DNA of 48,328 nucleotides. It comes from Corallochytrium limacisporum Hawaii. Taxonomy: Eukaryota > Protista > Pluriformea. Location of the stretch: NCBI GenBank assembly GCA_002811645.1, contig PDIP01000071.1:13647-61974 (forward strand), written 5' to 3'. The notes beneath the pieces were generated by a model. The model had not been told where the DNA came from, did not search any database, and saw only the letters and a program-made list of their open reading frames with translations. A program made the translations under genes and the position numbers. Positions 25,701 through 35,432 of this stretch are shown here, in pieces. The number at the start of each line of letters is the position of its first letter. The stretch's first letter is position 1.

Positions 25701-26294
25701 AAGGGTAAGACAATCAATCAAATCCGCACTTCCACCAAGTGCCGCATCCAGCTACCCCAGAAAGGATCGAGCAATCGTTCCATCACCATCGAAGGAACGG
25801 AGGAGAACTGCCGGGAGGCCAAAGCGCGCATCATGGAGATCATTGAAGAGAAGCGCGGCAACGAGACTACCATCGATATCGACCCCCGGGTCCACGGCAA
25901 GATTATCGGTGCCCGCGGTGAACAGATCAATGGTATTCGTGCTGAATATGGTGTTCAGGTTCAATTCCCCAAGGACAAGAACGACCCCACCATCACCCTG
26001 GCTGGTGACCCCAAGGCCGTCGAGGAGTGTGCTGCCCATCTGAAGGAGCTGGCCGAGGGTTACCTGTCAGAGCTGGCCACCCGTAGCGACAATCGAAACC
26101 GTCGCAACAAGAACGACGCCGACGATGACGGTCAACAGGAGCGGCAACAGCGCGAGAAGAAACAACCGCAGCAACAGCGTCAGCAGCCGCCACCCCAACA
26201 GCCGCCTCCTAGTGCTGCGTTCCCAACAATGACGTCGTCAAGCCCAAGCACGACTTCCACCCCTTCGTGGGGACCACATCTGAACCGCCAGTAA
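22743..26294 (+). CDS. HDLBP: Vigilin / Scp160 multi-KH-domain RNA-binding protein
   Basis: About 1183 aa from the first ATG. Tandem KH domains with many GxxG loops (GKGG, GRKG, GAKG, GSGG, GARG). N-terminal 'YEELFPSL' and C-terminal 'AFPT...WGP' motifs typical of vigilin. Confidence 0.93.
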   Translation: MDPNHSIPANGTGGEQDTKAQSTVPVDDPQASVPETTTDIGAGASTSEAPQEVPSKPQPSYEELFPSLGSAKSGAPASSAAAPKSIRTPGVRATGATEIMQVPASAALRRTLGEKNPLDDVMSRTNTNIEASTSKDGTLTLIIRGKPNDVIEAKRLLIKRLRQSVTLEMDVPKTAIPYVLGKGGKNIEKIRNETGCNINVQRNTDENVLTERFVIVGDKPSVEKARTAIQMAIDENDRKAMESVVVPRDLRSFVAGANNSNIKGIMERTNTRIAVPPPSSDDDHFRISGDKDDVAEAVNEINRLLVDKQSNTTEMTVKVKKAQHRLLRRALLNEIFSETGCVVDLPPKESEDEMVTIRGESTALPGAFNLLMAKVNSVGYEEVDAPLWMHRNIVGRKGANLTKIMEEAGEVGSLRISIRAEEEKIEIEGPKKAVEHASDALRKQVDFLTNSWKIEEISVSPALHKHLIGKGGQNIKRIKEECGVEIDFPDSDDKESSTIRIEGEKSGVAKAVDEIATQTAKLVDMVTIEVPVPLKYHGQIIGAKGARITELRNTFGDVQVNVPKPTENKDSITVKGQKADAEAVKTYILELLAEIKEQDFTLKVPIFKPYHRRIVGRKGENINRIRAETDCRIQVPDEGDPSDAIEVIGTKENAERAKQLLLELQAEIGDVVSKVITLSGSVKAPSGSDALTVAQAIGNSGTVRAAASGMTVVVEPKEKDGSKLALKGPDAAVKKCEKEIEEVMEAMGTGKPVTLDIKGSSAKILVAKRTDVQKKHNVKLVLPDEYTPATQTATVYIVGSGDLEGAKAAVTELAETFSKAKTFQLNFDRVELRTLSKSKKIVQDIEKQHGAMIDVGNNWVSVTCAEDNVPAVKEALEAIRPTVLTMNIPLEYHRHLIGSGGKGIKDLQDNFQAFLDFPSIKEKSERVVIAGTPENAMKLMQHLQQTVDQMKKEGTQAVLGKQSGETYEYKMTLEVDPKLFPSIIGAKGKTINQIRTSTKCRIQLPQKGSSNRSITIEGTEENCREAKARIMEIIEEKRGNETTIDIDPRVHGKIIGARGEQINGIRAEYGVQVQFPKDKNDPTITLAGDPKAVEECAAHLKELAEGYLSELATRSDNRNRRNKNDADDDGQQERQQREKKQPQQQRQQPPPQQPPPSAAFPTMTSSSPSTTSTPSWGPHLNRQ

Positions 26295-26982
26295 GCAGTT
26301 TAGCCATGGGCATCTGACATTGCAACATCATCATTTTCAAACATTTGATTTACTTTAGAATTACTGTCAGTTCCTGATGGTGGTCAAAACTTTGTTTCTA
26401 ATTCACTCACGACTGCGACAGACTGTGGAGCAGTTTTCATTGCGCCCGCCTCCTACGGGCTGCCTATTTCTGTCTGTCTTTGGTCTGTCTATTACGCACC
26501 TTAACATAGTCATGATTAAATCTTTTCTATACTTTTGTGGTAGAGTCTTAGTCTTTCCATGCGTTACAGCCGTATTTATCATGCATCATATGCGGTCGAT
26601 CTTTTCCATGCCTCGGACAGTCGACTCGTCGCCCGGCCGGGGGGTTCGGCACTGCTCCCCACCGCCTGCGGAACCCAGAAGTCTAGGGATACAGATTAGG
26701 AGACAAGCTAGCGGAGGACTGGCCACTGGTGAGGCACGTTGGTTCTGCTTAGGGCGCGATCGCCAGGGGACGGAAGTGGTTGCTAGTAACACCAGTCCCT
26801 ACGCAGGTACTTGCAATGATAGTTGTTTACGCTGCATCTGTTGAAAGCGTGGAAAGTGGGAGAGTGAATTTGAAATCACAAAACGATTCGTTGCGCAAGC
26901 CGTAAGTAGCATTTTGGGCACAGCATTGCCATTATAGGGAACTCGATTTGCTACGTAGATTAGTACAAATTGAAAGAGTAAG

Positions 26983-27462
26983 ATGCTCGTACCAAGGTCT
27001 GTTCTCCGGAATGCATGGCGGGTGCTCTATGCACATCTTGCATTCCTAAGCGTAGCGAATGAAGCACTGGCCCAAGGCGCTGGTGTATCAGCTGAGGACG
27101 GCGACGAAGGCATTATAGCAGAGAACGACCAAGAAGAAACCGCTGCATCAAAGCCGGGAGAGGTAGATGATAACCCCTGGAACCTGCCGCCGCCGCCGGA
27201 GGGAACATGGATCGGTCGCTTTATAGAGTTTGCTCAAGAGAACCCACTCTGGGGATTCGTGTACGGAGCAATCCTGATCTGTGTCCCAGGCTTTTTCATC
27301 TTCGTTGGTCTCAATTGGAGCGAAATTAAGGCAGAGATGGACGATATTAAGAAGGACATGATGCCGCAGGAATCCAAAGCGCGGCCAAAGGGAGGCAAGA
27401 GTCGTTTAGTGTCGCGGAAGAAGGGCACTGCGGAAGAGCTGGCGAGACTGCGGAAGCGCTAG
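26983..27462 (+). CDS. Uncharacterised small type I membrane protein (159 aa)
   Basis: ATG-initiated ORF with signal-like N-terminus, acidic segment, one TM helix (LWGFVYGAILICVPGFFIFVGL) and basic tail. AT-rich flanks resemble those of neighbouring genes. Confidence 0.7.
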   Translation: MLVPRSVLRNAWRVLYAHLAFLSVANEALAQGAGVSAEDGDEGIIAENDQEETAASKPGEVDDNPWNLPPPPEGTWIGRFIEFAQENPLWGFVYGAILICVPGFFIFVGLNWSEIKAEMDDIKKDMMPQESKARPKGGKSRLVSRKKGTAEELARLRKR

Positions 27463-27677
27463 AAAAGAGTTCAATCGCAACGAACATGAATCAGAATAAT
27501 ACCCTGATTATAACTACGTCACAAATAAAGACACAATGTATACTATGAATTCCGTACTATTCTATGGCCGGTTCTCGTGCCTTATATGTATATTATCCGA
27601 TTGTTGGTATGTAAGTTGATGGGACTTTAATCAAATTCCCGTCCTGTTTGTTTCTATTGCTTTTGTCGTTTACTAAT

Positions 27678-27929
27678 TTAATTGTCATTGAGACTGAAGT
27701 CTTGACGACATTGGTTGACCGCGGCACCCATGCCGATACCGGTTCCCAACACTAGTGGCCACTGTCTCCGCTTAAAGAGGATCAGGGACAAGAAGGCACC
27801 GGTACCTAGGCCAACAGCAGAGTTGACAACGAAATTGCTCACGCACTGCTCCCACTTATCCCGCAATTCGTTCTCAGAGCCGGAGATCACGGCCGTGGTC
27901 TGTGTGGACGCCGTTGTTGTGTTTGACAT
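27678..27929 (-). CDS. MICOS10: MICOS complex subunit Mic10
   Basis: 83 aa from the ATG at 27929. 'ELRDKWEQC', GxGxG in both TMs and 'LFKRRQWP' loop are hallmark Mic10 features. Confidence 0.93.
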   Translation of the reverse strand: MSNTTTASTQTTAVISGSENELRDKWEQCVSNFVVNSAVGLGTGAFLSLILFKRRQWPLVLGTGIGMGAAVNQCRQDFSLNDN

Positions 27930-28189
27930 GCTTGTTATCGAAGCGGTCCCCTTCTCTTTGTGGACTGTGCTGCACACTACAACGACGTGACACCAAATCT
28001 GGAGAAGTAGCTTTAAACTACCAAGTTGATCGGATAGCCACATCCCACAAGCGCCATTCGCGAAAACACGCAACAAGCGGGCATCACTTCCGACAAGCTC
28101 ATCACACACAACTGCCTGCTGGGTCGGTGTTCATGACGGGAGAAGAGAAGAGGAGCCCAAGGATTTTCCAGTTCCACTTTATTTTGTTT

Positions 28190-28570
28190 TGGCTTTCCGG
28201 GCCCTCGGGGGTGGCTGGAAAGCTTTCCCTTTACCCTTGCCCCCCCCCCCCCCCTTTCCACTTCAGTGGTGGACGGGGGTTTGCAAGCAAGGGGCCATCA
28301 GCGGTCGTCCGCAACCAACCTCCCATCCACACCGCCCGGCCCGCCCGGGAAAGGGGGGGGGCCCTAGCAGAAGCGGGGTGGAAATTTTTGGCCTGATCGC
28401 CCCGTGCCTCTGTCTACCTCGATCCGAACCCTCGTGGACTGCAATGGGGGCAAGTGGCAGAGCAGGGGAAGGTTGCCCCCCCCCCCCCGGGGGCCCCGGG
28501 GAGGGGGAACAGAGCGGTGCGCCGCAGATAGCAAACAGCCCTTGGGACGACGGTACAGTCGGTGGGCGAC
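28190..28570. promoter_or_regulatory. G/C-homopolymer island of the MIC10/mS45 divergent promoter
   Basis: Long C-run near 28240, G-run near 28355, C13G5 at 28476-28493. Confidence 0.6.
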
Positions 28571-28865
28571 CCCTAAATTCGCTCTTTGGGCATTGCATCG
28601 TGCGTATTATTTGACAGGTTGCTTTGAGATGGCTTTTTTGTGAGTCAACGGATGACCAAGAGTAGCATAGGTCACGTTCAGAAATGGATCAACGAGGTAT
28701 ATGGGAACGAAAGGTTGGCATGTGACGATCTACATCCAGAGCGCCTCATAGGCAAGTTATGTACAAGACTATAGCGAGTTGTTAGTCGGGATGATACGCT
28801 GTTTATCATGATTTAGCACCTACACAGAATATTTTACATTGCATATGAGTAAAGAATAGTCAACA

Positions 28866-30629
28866 ATGTCATCGCAGATAGTCAAGGGTGCCGCACGCAC
28901 AGTCATGCGGCAATCCAATGCTCGCATCTTGGGCGCAGTGGGCATGCATAAGGGCACCTATAGTCGGCCAATCACGACAACATCAGTAGCGCAGAAATGG
29001 CATCCACCCCGTTCTGTGAACCCTAACCAGGACTGGCCAGACCACCTGGATGAGATGGCTCCTCGTGACCTGAGCGACCATACACGGTACGGGTACTTTC
29101 ACTACGGTGATCCAGGTTGGGATTACATAGATCCGAACTTGAACAAGAAACATGCTTGGTTTTTGCCCACAGTTGTACGACAAAAAGTCTGGCAGGACTA
29201 CGTGGAGAATGGTATGGGGGTGGAAAAGATTGGTGAGAAGTACCGTCTGCACGTAGAGCGTGTGGTGTGGATCTTGCGGGAACAAGCTGAATTGCTCAAG
29301 CGTATTCGCAGCGGTGAAGTCGACCCAGAGGATGTCGAGTCAATCGACCAATTTTTTGAGTTCTGGCAAAAGCAGCACGATAAATTCTTCCACCTTAACG
29401 TCGATCGTGGTATGGTGGAGGCCAACGAAACTGATCCACTGTTCCAGTACAAGTCTGCCGGGGGTCCAATCTGGTCTATGCTTCACGAGTACGACATGTG
29501 GAAGTACCTGCGCATCCTGGAAGGCAAGAGGAACAAGGAAGAGGAATACAAGAAGATTGCCAAGGACATCGAGAAGTCCGGGAAGGGCAAGAGCGGAGCC
29601 GGTAACTCATCAATTGGCGATGTCGCCTTCCCGGTGAAGGACCCTAGCATGCGCCGGCCCGCGAACTTCGACGATGCGGCCGGTCGCACAGTCACTGACG
29701 AGAACATTGATGGAGGTATGGAATTTATGCTCAGTGAAGAGCTTGCGGAGATTAAGGGTCGCGTGCGAGAGCAGAAATGGCGCCTGGAAGCCCAGAAGGC
29801 CCTCGAGGATGCCTCAACCTTCAACAAGCGATACCAAAGCCACGATCCTGTCACTGAAACGTGGCCTGCGCACCCTCCTCTGTCCAAGGCAGAAAAGGCT
29901 CGTCGCAGCCACTGGCTGAAGCTGCGTGAAGAATTGCATGCTTTGCAGAGCACGCCAATGCAGAAGTCCGACAGTGCAGAGGAAGACAAGGTCGAGCGCA
30001 TTGAGGCGTTGAAGAAGGAGATCAGTGAGATTGAAGAGAAGGGTCTGCTCGACATTGATATGTACCGAAAGAAACAGGGTTTGAAGGCACCCCGTGATGG
30101 TGAACATGAATCTCGCATCTCCCGTGTAGAAGGAGAGGATCCTTATGACTCAATGCTTAGCGATGCAATCGAGCACGGCGACGTGATGATCCTGCAGCGC
30201 AACGAAATGGCTGCTCACAAGGGCCGACGTCTGCTCTTCGTGGACTCCAGCCGGAAGGGACGCAAGATGGGAGTGGCCGGCGATCACCCGGGAGTTGAGG
30301 GTTACGCCGGTGCGAACAAGGCGGGCCGTCGTTTGCGCTATTATGCCATCCGTGAGCCGGATGGCAGTTTGCGAACCTTGACACAGGCTGAACGCGCCGC
30401 TGCCGAGCTGGTACACTACCCGAAGTACGGCATGTCCGGTCTACCGCCACAACCGCCTGAGATTCCTGTGGATCCCATGAACTGGGAGGCACCACCGAAG
30501 ACGCAGGCCGCGGAGGCCTCCGTAGGCTCATCTTCGGCGGCCATTGCTGATACAAATGCGGATGCCTCGGATATTGCTGATGGCGACGACGGGCAGGCGT
30601 CTGTGCAACCGGAGGAAGAAGAAAAGTGA
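28866..30629 (+). CDS. Probable mitochondrial small-subunit ribosomal protein mS45 (Bot1p/Mrps35-like)
   Basis: 587 aa with an Arg/Ser-rich presequence. 'LPTVVRQKVWQDYVENGMGVEKIGEKYRLHVERVVWILR' resembles the Bot1p/mS45 helical motif. C-terminal 'IREPDGSLRT' motif. The family call is from recalled motifs. Confidence 0.65.
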   Translation: MSSQIVKGAARTVMRQSNARILGAVGMHKGTYSRPITTTSVAQKWHPPRSVNPNQDWPDHLDEMAPRDLSDHTRYGYFHYGDPGWDYIDPNLNKKHAWFLPTVVRQKVWQDYVENGMGVEKIGEKYRLHVERVVWILREQAELLKRIRSGEVDPEDVESIDQFFEFWQKQHDKFFHLNVDRGMVEANETDPLFQYKSAGGPIWSMLHEYDMWKYLRILEGKRNKEEEYKKIAKDIEKSGKGKSGAGNSSIGDVAFPVKDPSMRRPANFDDAAGRTVTDENIDGGMEFMLSEELAEIKGRVREQKWRLEAQKALEDASTFNKRYQSHDPVTETWPAHPPLSKAEKARRSHWLKLREELHALQSTPMQKSDSAEEDKVERIEALKKEISEIEEKGLLDIDMYRKKQGLKAPRDGEHESRISRVEGEDPYDSMLSDAIEHGDVMILQRNEMAAHKGRRLLFVDSSRKGRKMGVAGDHPGVEGYAGANKAGRRLRYYAIREPDGSLRTLTQAERAAAELVHYPKYGMSGLPPQPPEIPVDPMNWEAPPKTQAAEASVGSSSAAIADTNADASDIADGDDGQASVQPEEEEK

Positions 30630-30699
30630 ATAAGAAGGTTCCAATAGACATACTATAAATCCAAATACTAATGTACCATACCGTGAGGATTGAATTTCT

Positions 30700-31647
30700 T
30701 TATCGTCCAGCAATCTCCGTTGGGAGCTTTTCCGTCTGCTCGGTCGGGTTCATGTCAAAGGCCATGAGGACTGAGCAGGCCTGCTCATTGCTCACGACGT
30801 GATGCCACCAGAAGGGAGGCGTGTAGAGAATGTCACCCTCTTCCACTGTCACGCGGTAGCACAGAGCCTCTCCGAGGGCCGGGAAGTCTGCCACCCATGA
30901 CCGATCATTGCTCCGCGTCCCGTTCTTCGCCTCTGCCTCCCATTCGTCTACACTGACGCGACTGGACTGTACATTGACAGCATCGCCAGCTTGCGGATAG
31001 ACAAGCCGTGACTCTGTTGGTGGGAAGTAAGTGAACGTCTTCGTGCCACTGACCTGGCACAGAAATCCATGGCATGTATCATAATGAAGCGGGGTGATGC
31101 AGCCTTTACTGGACAGCCAGATGCCGGGTTGATTGAGCGCATCGTCCTGCAGTATGGGCGAGACACTGTCGTGGAGCTGTTGAATGTAGGGATCATGGGT
31201 CACCAGCGAGCGCACGTAAGTTCTTTGATTCTTCTCCCTTTCATTCTTTGCAAACTGTCCCGCCATGTCCTCCAGACTGCCTTCGACCCCTTCAGTGAGT
31301 CCTAGTTTGAAGAAATGTATCCCGTCCCTTGCTGCCAGCAGCTTTGCCGGAGTAGAGATCATGTGGGGATCCACGATACCGTTATGAAGTGTCAGAAAAA
31401 GGTCCTTCCAGCCGTTTGCTGCACCTTTCAGAAGGACCGGCTTTTGCATTCGGTATTTCTGTTCAAAGACCTTTTGATCGATTTTGGTCATTACTGCAAT
31501 GGGGAGCGGGCTCAACAGTGTGCCTTTGCTCGTTGACACGCCAACGCCAATCTTCGTCGTTTGCTCTTCACTGACATCATCGAACAGTCCACCCATTTCT
31601 TCCTCTTGGGCATTGCCGCTCAGTGTTGTTGTGCCTTCTGGCGACAT
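30700..31647 (-). CDS. JmjC-domain 2-oxoglutarate/Fe(II) hydroxylase (cupin-like; JMJD5/JMJD7/FIH group)
   Basis: 'QKPVLLKGAANGW', HxD in 'TPLHYD', 'QVSGTKTF', and the distal His in 'GDILYTPPFWWHHV'. Confidence 0.88.
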   Translation of the reverse strand: MSPEGTTTLSGNAQEEEMGGLFDDVSEEQTTKIGVGVSTSKGTLLSPLPIAVMTKIDQKVFEQKYRMQKPVLLKGAANGWKDLFLTLHNGIVDPHMISTPAKLLAARDGIHFFKLGLTEGVEGSLEDMAGQFAKNEREKNQRTYVRSLVTHDPYIQQLHDSVSPILQDDALNQPGIWLSSKGCITPLHYDTCHGFLCQVSGTKTFTYFPPTESRLVYPQAGDAVNVQSSRVSVDEWEAEAKNGTRSNDRSWVADFPALGEALCYRVTVEEGDILYTPPFWWHHVVSNEQACSVLMAFDMNPTEQTEKLPTEIAGR

Positions 31648-32145
31648 AATTTGTCCTGCAGTCTGCCACTCTCATATACCGCTTGAACTCGAAAATCAAC
31701 GTAGCTAGTACCAATGTTTTCTTTACTTTATGTTCTCTAAGTCTATTTCACATGTTCTATAAGATTGAACGGTCAGAGCAGGTCTGAGATGACCACATAC
31801 TATGCGTTCAATACCTTGACTATTGGTTCTATTGCAACACGTATTGTCTTGCGCGGGTCTCCATTCTGAGCACGCGTGTCTCAGGGTCAAAAAGTCCCGC
31901 TCTCGTCCCTCCGCCTCCAATCGCCCCCCTCCTCCGGTCGCTCCAGCCGTGCTTCCCTGAAGCCCCGACTGCGGGTGACGTACTTGGCCATGTCCGTAGC
32001 GGGCTCTGGTTTCTCTGTGTACATGAAAAGTGACCCGGATTTCACAGCATCGCCGGATCTAATGTGACAGCCTGCCTGTCAATGCTGCTTTAGAGCGTCC
32101 GGAGGCATGGATTCACGTCCCGTCGAAGCACATATCAAGGTGCTC

Positions 32146-32322
32146 CTACAATTTTGCTTGCATTGGAACGGTTTCCCAGTCATAATTACCAGGTTTCTCG
32201 TCTTGATCTTGCCCATTACCATTGGTAGCGAACATGCTTAGATAGTAGGCGCCAGCAGCGGCCACGGCAGCCGCAACAGTGCGCTGACCAACAGCGATCA
32301 CTTCCCGTCCAACTACGCCCAT
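32146..32322 (-). CDS. Candidate 58-aa microprotein ending in PTS1 (-AKL); absent from the ORF track
   Basis: Manual translation: MGVVGREVIAVGQRTVAAAVAAAGAYYLSMFATNGNGQDQDEKPGNYDWETVPMQAKL*. Lies divergent from RFC5. Confidence 0.45.
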   Translation of the reverse strand: MGVVGREVIAVGQRTVAAAVAAAGAYYLSMFATNGNGQDQDEKPGNYDWETVPMQAKL

Positions 32323-32897
32323 TGAGCTCTCTGTAATGTCATTTATCCGTCATAAACTATTGAGCTTTCCTAATTACTGCTTCGCTGAACGAGCACTTGG
32401 AGTGTTCAAGTACAATTCCACCTGTCCTTTGCTCAAGTACCAAATCGCGGGTAGTGTCACCGGACGGGCTAGCCACGGACAGACGGACCCCGACCCGCAG
32501 GATGTACCGCTTCGCCCCGAAATAGCCAACCCAGGGGTACGGGAGTCCATTTTATTGTACCCTACGCTCTTGGTGCTGTTTCCCCCTTTACCTTCATTCC
32601 CTTTCTTTTCGCGCGCGAAAACAAAGGGGATGCACGAACTGGTGATAGCACAGGACTGAACAGCCAGCCAAGTTTACGCAAACTAACCTGCGTACGTGTG
32701 GGTATTCAATGATTTTAGCAAGAATTACAAGTAAAGTGACGTACACTCTGGTTTCGAGTGCACGGGCTTGCTAGCTACATCTAGTATCTCACGAGGAACC
32801 TTGACGAGGCTCGGAAAGTAACCGATACAGATTTGAATGTACCGGTGACCAACTACGGCAGCGACCAGTTGAGAAAGGCTGACCACGGTTTGGAAAG

Positions 32898-33959
32898 ATG
32901 GCACCTGGTCGGGCAACCACCGATATGGAAGTTGATCACGCCGGTCCTTCTTCCAACAATAAGAGGATGAAAATGACTGAGGAGGAGCGTCGCAAACATC
33001 TTCCATGGGTTGAGAAGTATCGTCCGCAGAAATTGGAGGATCTAATCTCTCACGAAGATATTGTCTCCACCATTAAGAAATTTATGGAAGAAGATCGCCT
33101 GCCTCACCTGCTGTTCTACGGACCTCCCGGTACGGGTAAGACGTCGACCATTTTGGCTTGTGCAAAGCAGATGTATGGAGCGCGTTACAATAGCATGATC
33201 CTCGAACTTAACGCTTCCGACGACCGTGGTATTGATGTAGTTCGGGAACAAATCAAAGAGTTTGCCAGCACGCGCACAGTATTTTCATCGGGGTACAAAC
33301 TGATTGTGCTTGATGAGGCTGACAACATGACAAACGCGGCCCAAGCGGCTCTTCGTCGCATTATTGAGAAGTACACTAAGAACACTCGTTTCTGCCTAAT
33401 CTGCAACTACGTAAGCAAGATTATTCCAGCTTTGCAGAGCCGTTGCACAAGATTCCGTTTCGCACCTCTCAAGGAGGAACAAATGACGCAGCGTTTGCAG
33501 GAGATTGTTACGCAAGAGAGTGTTAACATCACGGAAGACGGCAAAGAGGCCCTCATCCGCCTCAGCGGTGGTGACATGCGCAGGACGCTGAATATTCTTC
33601 AGAGTTGCTACCTCGCCTACGATGAGGTCAATGCAACTAACGTCTACCTGTGTACGGGCCATCCCTTACCAGAAGACATTGATCACATTGTTGAGGTCAT
33701 GTTGCGCAAGAGCTTTGCAGAAGCGTACGAAGAGATCCTGCAGCTAAAGACTGCCAAAGGTCTCGCTCTCGTTGACATTATCACGGAGGCTGCCAACATC
33801 ATCTACCGCTTGGACCTGCCCAGCAAGGCCAAGATCGACGTCATTGACAAGATGGCAGAGATTGAGTACAATCTCAGCACCGGAACAAACGAGAAGATCC
33901 AGTTTGGAGCTCTCCTTGGTGCGTTCCAACATGCCAAGGCCATCATTACGAAACAGTGA
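32898..33959 (+). CDS. RFC5: Replication factor C small subunit (human RFC5 / yeast Rfc3)
   Basis: 'LPWVEKYRP', Walker A GPPGTGKT, 'LELNASDDRGID', 'LDEAD', 'ALQSRCTRFRF'. Confidence 0.96.
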   Translation: MAPGRATTDMEVDHAGPSSNNKRMKMTEEERRKHLPWVEKYRPQKLEDLISHEDIVSTIKKFMEEDRLPHLLFYGPPGTGKTSTILACAKQMYGARYNSMILELNASDDRGIDVVREQIKEFASTRTVFSSGYKLIVLDEADNMTNAAQAALRRIIEKYTKNTRFCLICNYVSKIIPALQSRCTRFRFAPLKEEQMTQRLQEIVTQESVNITEDGKEALIRLSGGDMRRTLNILQSCYLAYDEVNATNVYLCTGHPLPEDIDHIVEVMLRKSFAEAYEEILQLKTAKGLALVDIITEAANIIYRLDLPSKAKIDVIDKMAEIEYNLSTGTNEKIQFGALLGAFQHAKAIITKQ

Positions 33960-34040
33960 AACTCTGCTGTCAGTATTTTCTACGCATGTAATTTGATCAT
34001 GATTAAACCACATAATATTGCTACATTCACAATGTCGGCA

Positions 34041-35432
34041 TCACTGCACGATGGGATTCAATGGCACAGCAGGCCCGGGGCGGTTCAAGCCCGGGATGCC
34101 ACCCGCACGCATCGGCTGTCCAATCCGGTTGCGTTCAATGAAGCGTGTCAGGACTCCAGCAATGCGTTTTGGTGCGTCCTCCTGCACACAGTGGCCGCAC
34201 TCGGGTAGAATCTCCAGCTGGTACTTACCCTGCATTTGGGCAATTGTCAACTCTTTGTCCATGCGGTCCACTCCAGCAATCACCAGCAGTTTCAAGCAGT
34301 GGCCTTTGAGGAACTTCTCCGTCATTCCTTCGAACCATCCCCGCCAGAAAGGCTCCGTAGACATAAGATCGACACGCCATTCGTAACCGTTGCCGTCGTT
34401 GGTATCATTATCATTTGCTTTCGATTCAATGTCATCTGAAGTGACGCTAAGTTTGGATCCGACAGCTTTCAATTGTGCAGGAATAGAGATGCGAGCACTG
34501 TGTAGATTCCGTACTTGACCCGAACGATGTGCCCATGCAACCGCGTCTTCGACGGTGCGGAAGCGCGGTGGTCGTGACCGCACGAACTGTCCCATTTTTG
34601 ACAGGCTCTCCAAGGCCGTGCCTTCCACGACATCCAGAAGTATCACCGCGGCGAGACGCCGCTTTGATGGATCCTGATCACGTGCAGCAAGCTCCGCTAC
34701 AAGGCCGCCGCCCATGGAATGACCGATGGCAATGATCGGCTGGGCCACAAAGTTCGATGGCTTAGGCATCTCCTTACGTTGTCGACGTTCCTCTTCTTCA
34801 CGCTTGTGGTCTAATTCCTCCTGCGTTGGGGGGTAAGTAAGCCCCAGGATCTCCTCCAAATCATCCACAAGGTGATCCCTGCTGAGGTCTTCTTCATCTT
34901 CGCATTGGGTCGTTCCGTGTCCGCGCAGATCGGCCGCAACGAATTCTCCATCCGGCAAGCAGCGCTGTAGCTCTTTGACAAGTACACTCCATCCCAGAGC
35001 ACTATGACCCCCACCATGGACCAAGAAGAACCGTGGCGGTTTGCGCTGCGGACTAACACCTGAAGAATTGATAGGATCCTTGTAGTACACCGTAAACTTA
35101 TCATTTCCGTGCAGAGTGAGCTGTTCTTTGCGGTCCCAGAAGTCTTGCCAGGGCAGAATACGATAATCGCGGCGTTTTTTTGTGGTTGTGGACTTCTCCT
35201 CAGGGTCATCTGCTTCGTCGCAGACCCAGTCTTCGTCCTCATCCTCGATTGGGTCTGTTGTGATCGTACCCACCATGCCCGGCACGTAGCGTGCGTTGCC
35301 ACCGGCCAAACCAGGATGAGACCGCGGGAGCGCCCCCGGTCGTCTTCCGAAGGGATTCCCTGAAGAAATGGGTGGCATTGGAGGCCGTCCTCCTGGAAAC
35401 CCTCCAGGAAGCGGAGGTCTTCCGTCCGACAT
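34041..35432 (-). CDS. PPME1: Protein phosphatase 2A methylesterase 1
   Basis: Alpha/beta hydrolase with 'HGGGHSALGW', 'DLRGHG', catalytic 'GHSMGG', 'LDVVEGTA', 'DKELTIAQMQGKYQL', 'GHCVQEDAP'. Confidence 0.95.
   Translation of the reverse strand: MSDGRPPLPGGFPGGRPPMPPISSGNPFGRRPGALPRSHPGLAGGNARYVPGMVGTITTDPIEDEDEDWVCDEADDPEEKSTTTKKRRDYRILPWQDFWDRKEQLTLHGNDKFTVYYKDPINSSGVSPQRKPPRFFLVHGGGHSALGWSVLVKELQRCLPDGEFVAADLRGHGTTQCEDEEDLSRDHLVDDLEEILGLTYPPTQEELDHKREEEERRQRKEMPKPSNFVAQPIIAIGHSMGGGLVAELAARDQDPSKRRLAAVILLDVVEGTALESLSKMGQFVRSRPPRFRTVEDAVAWAHRSGQVRNLHSARISIPAQLKAVGSKLSVTSDDIESKANDNDTNDGNGYEWRVDLMSTEPFWRGWFEGMTEKFLKGHCLKLLVIAGVDRMDKELTIAQMQGKYQLEILPECGHCVQEDAPKRIAGVLTRFIERNRIGQPMRAGGIPGLNRPGPAVPLNPIVQ

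Noticed and set aside
16119-26043. Many 150-300-aa antisense ORFs within EMC1, OST48 and vigilin
   Set aside because: Shadow frames of real CDSs with no independent motifs.
26620-26830. GC-rich stretch considered as SRP, RNase P or tRNA
   Set aside because: No conserved boxes or cloverleaf found. Position and composition fit the promoter of the downstream membrane-protein gene.
31880-32225. Second minus-strand frame with a single internal TGA (possible selenoprotein)
   Set aside because: No selenoprotein motif around the TGA and no SECIS recognised. The AKL-ending frame is the better candidate.
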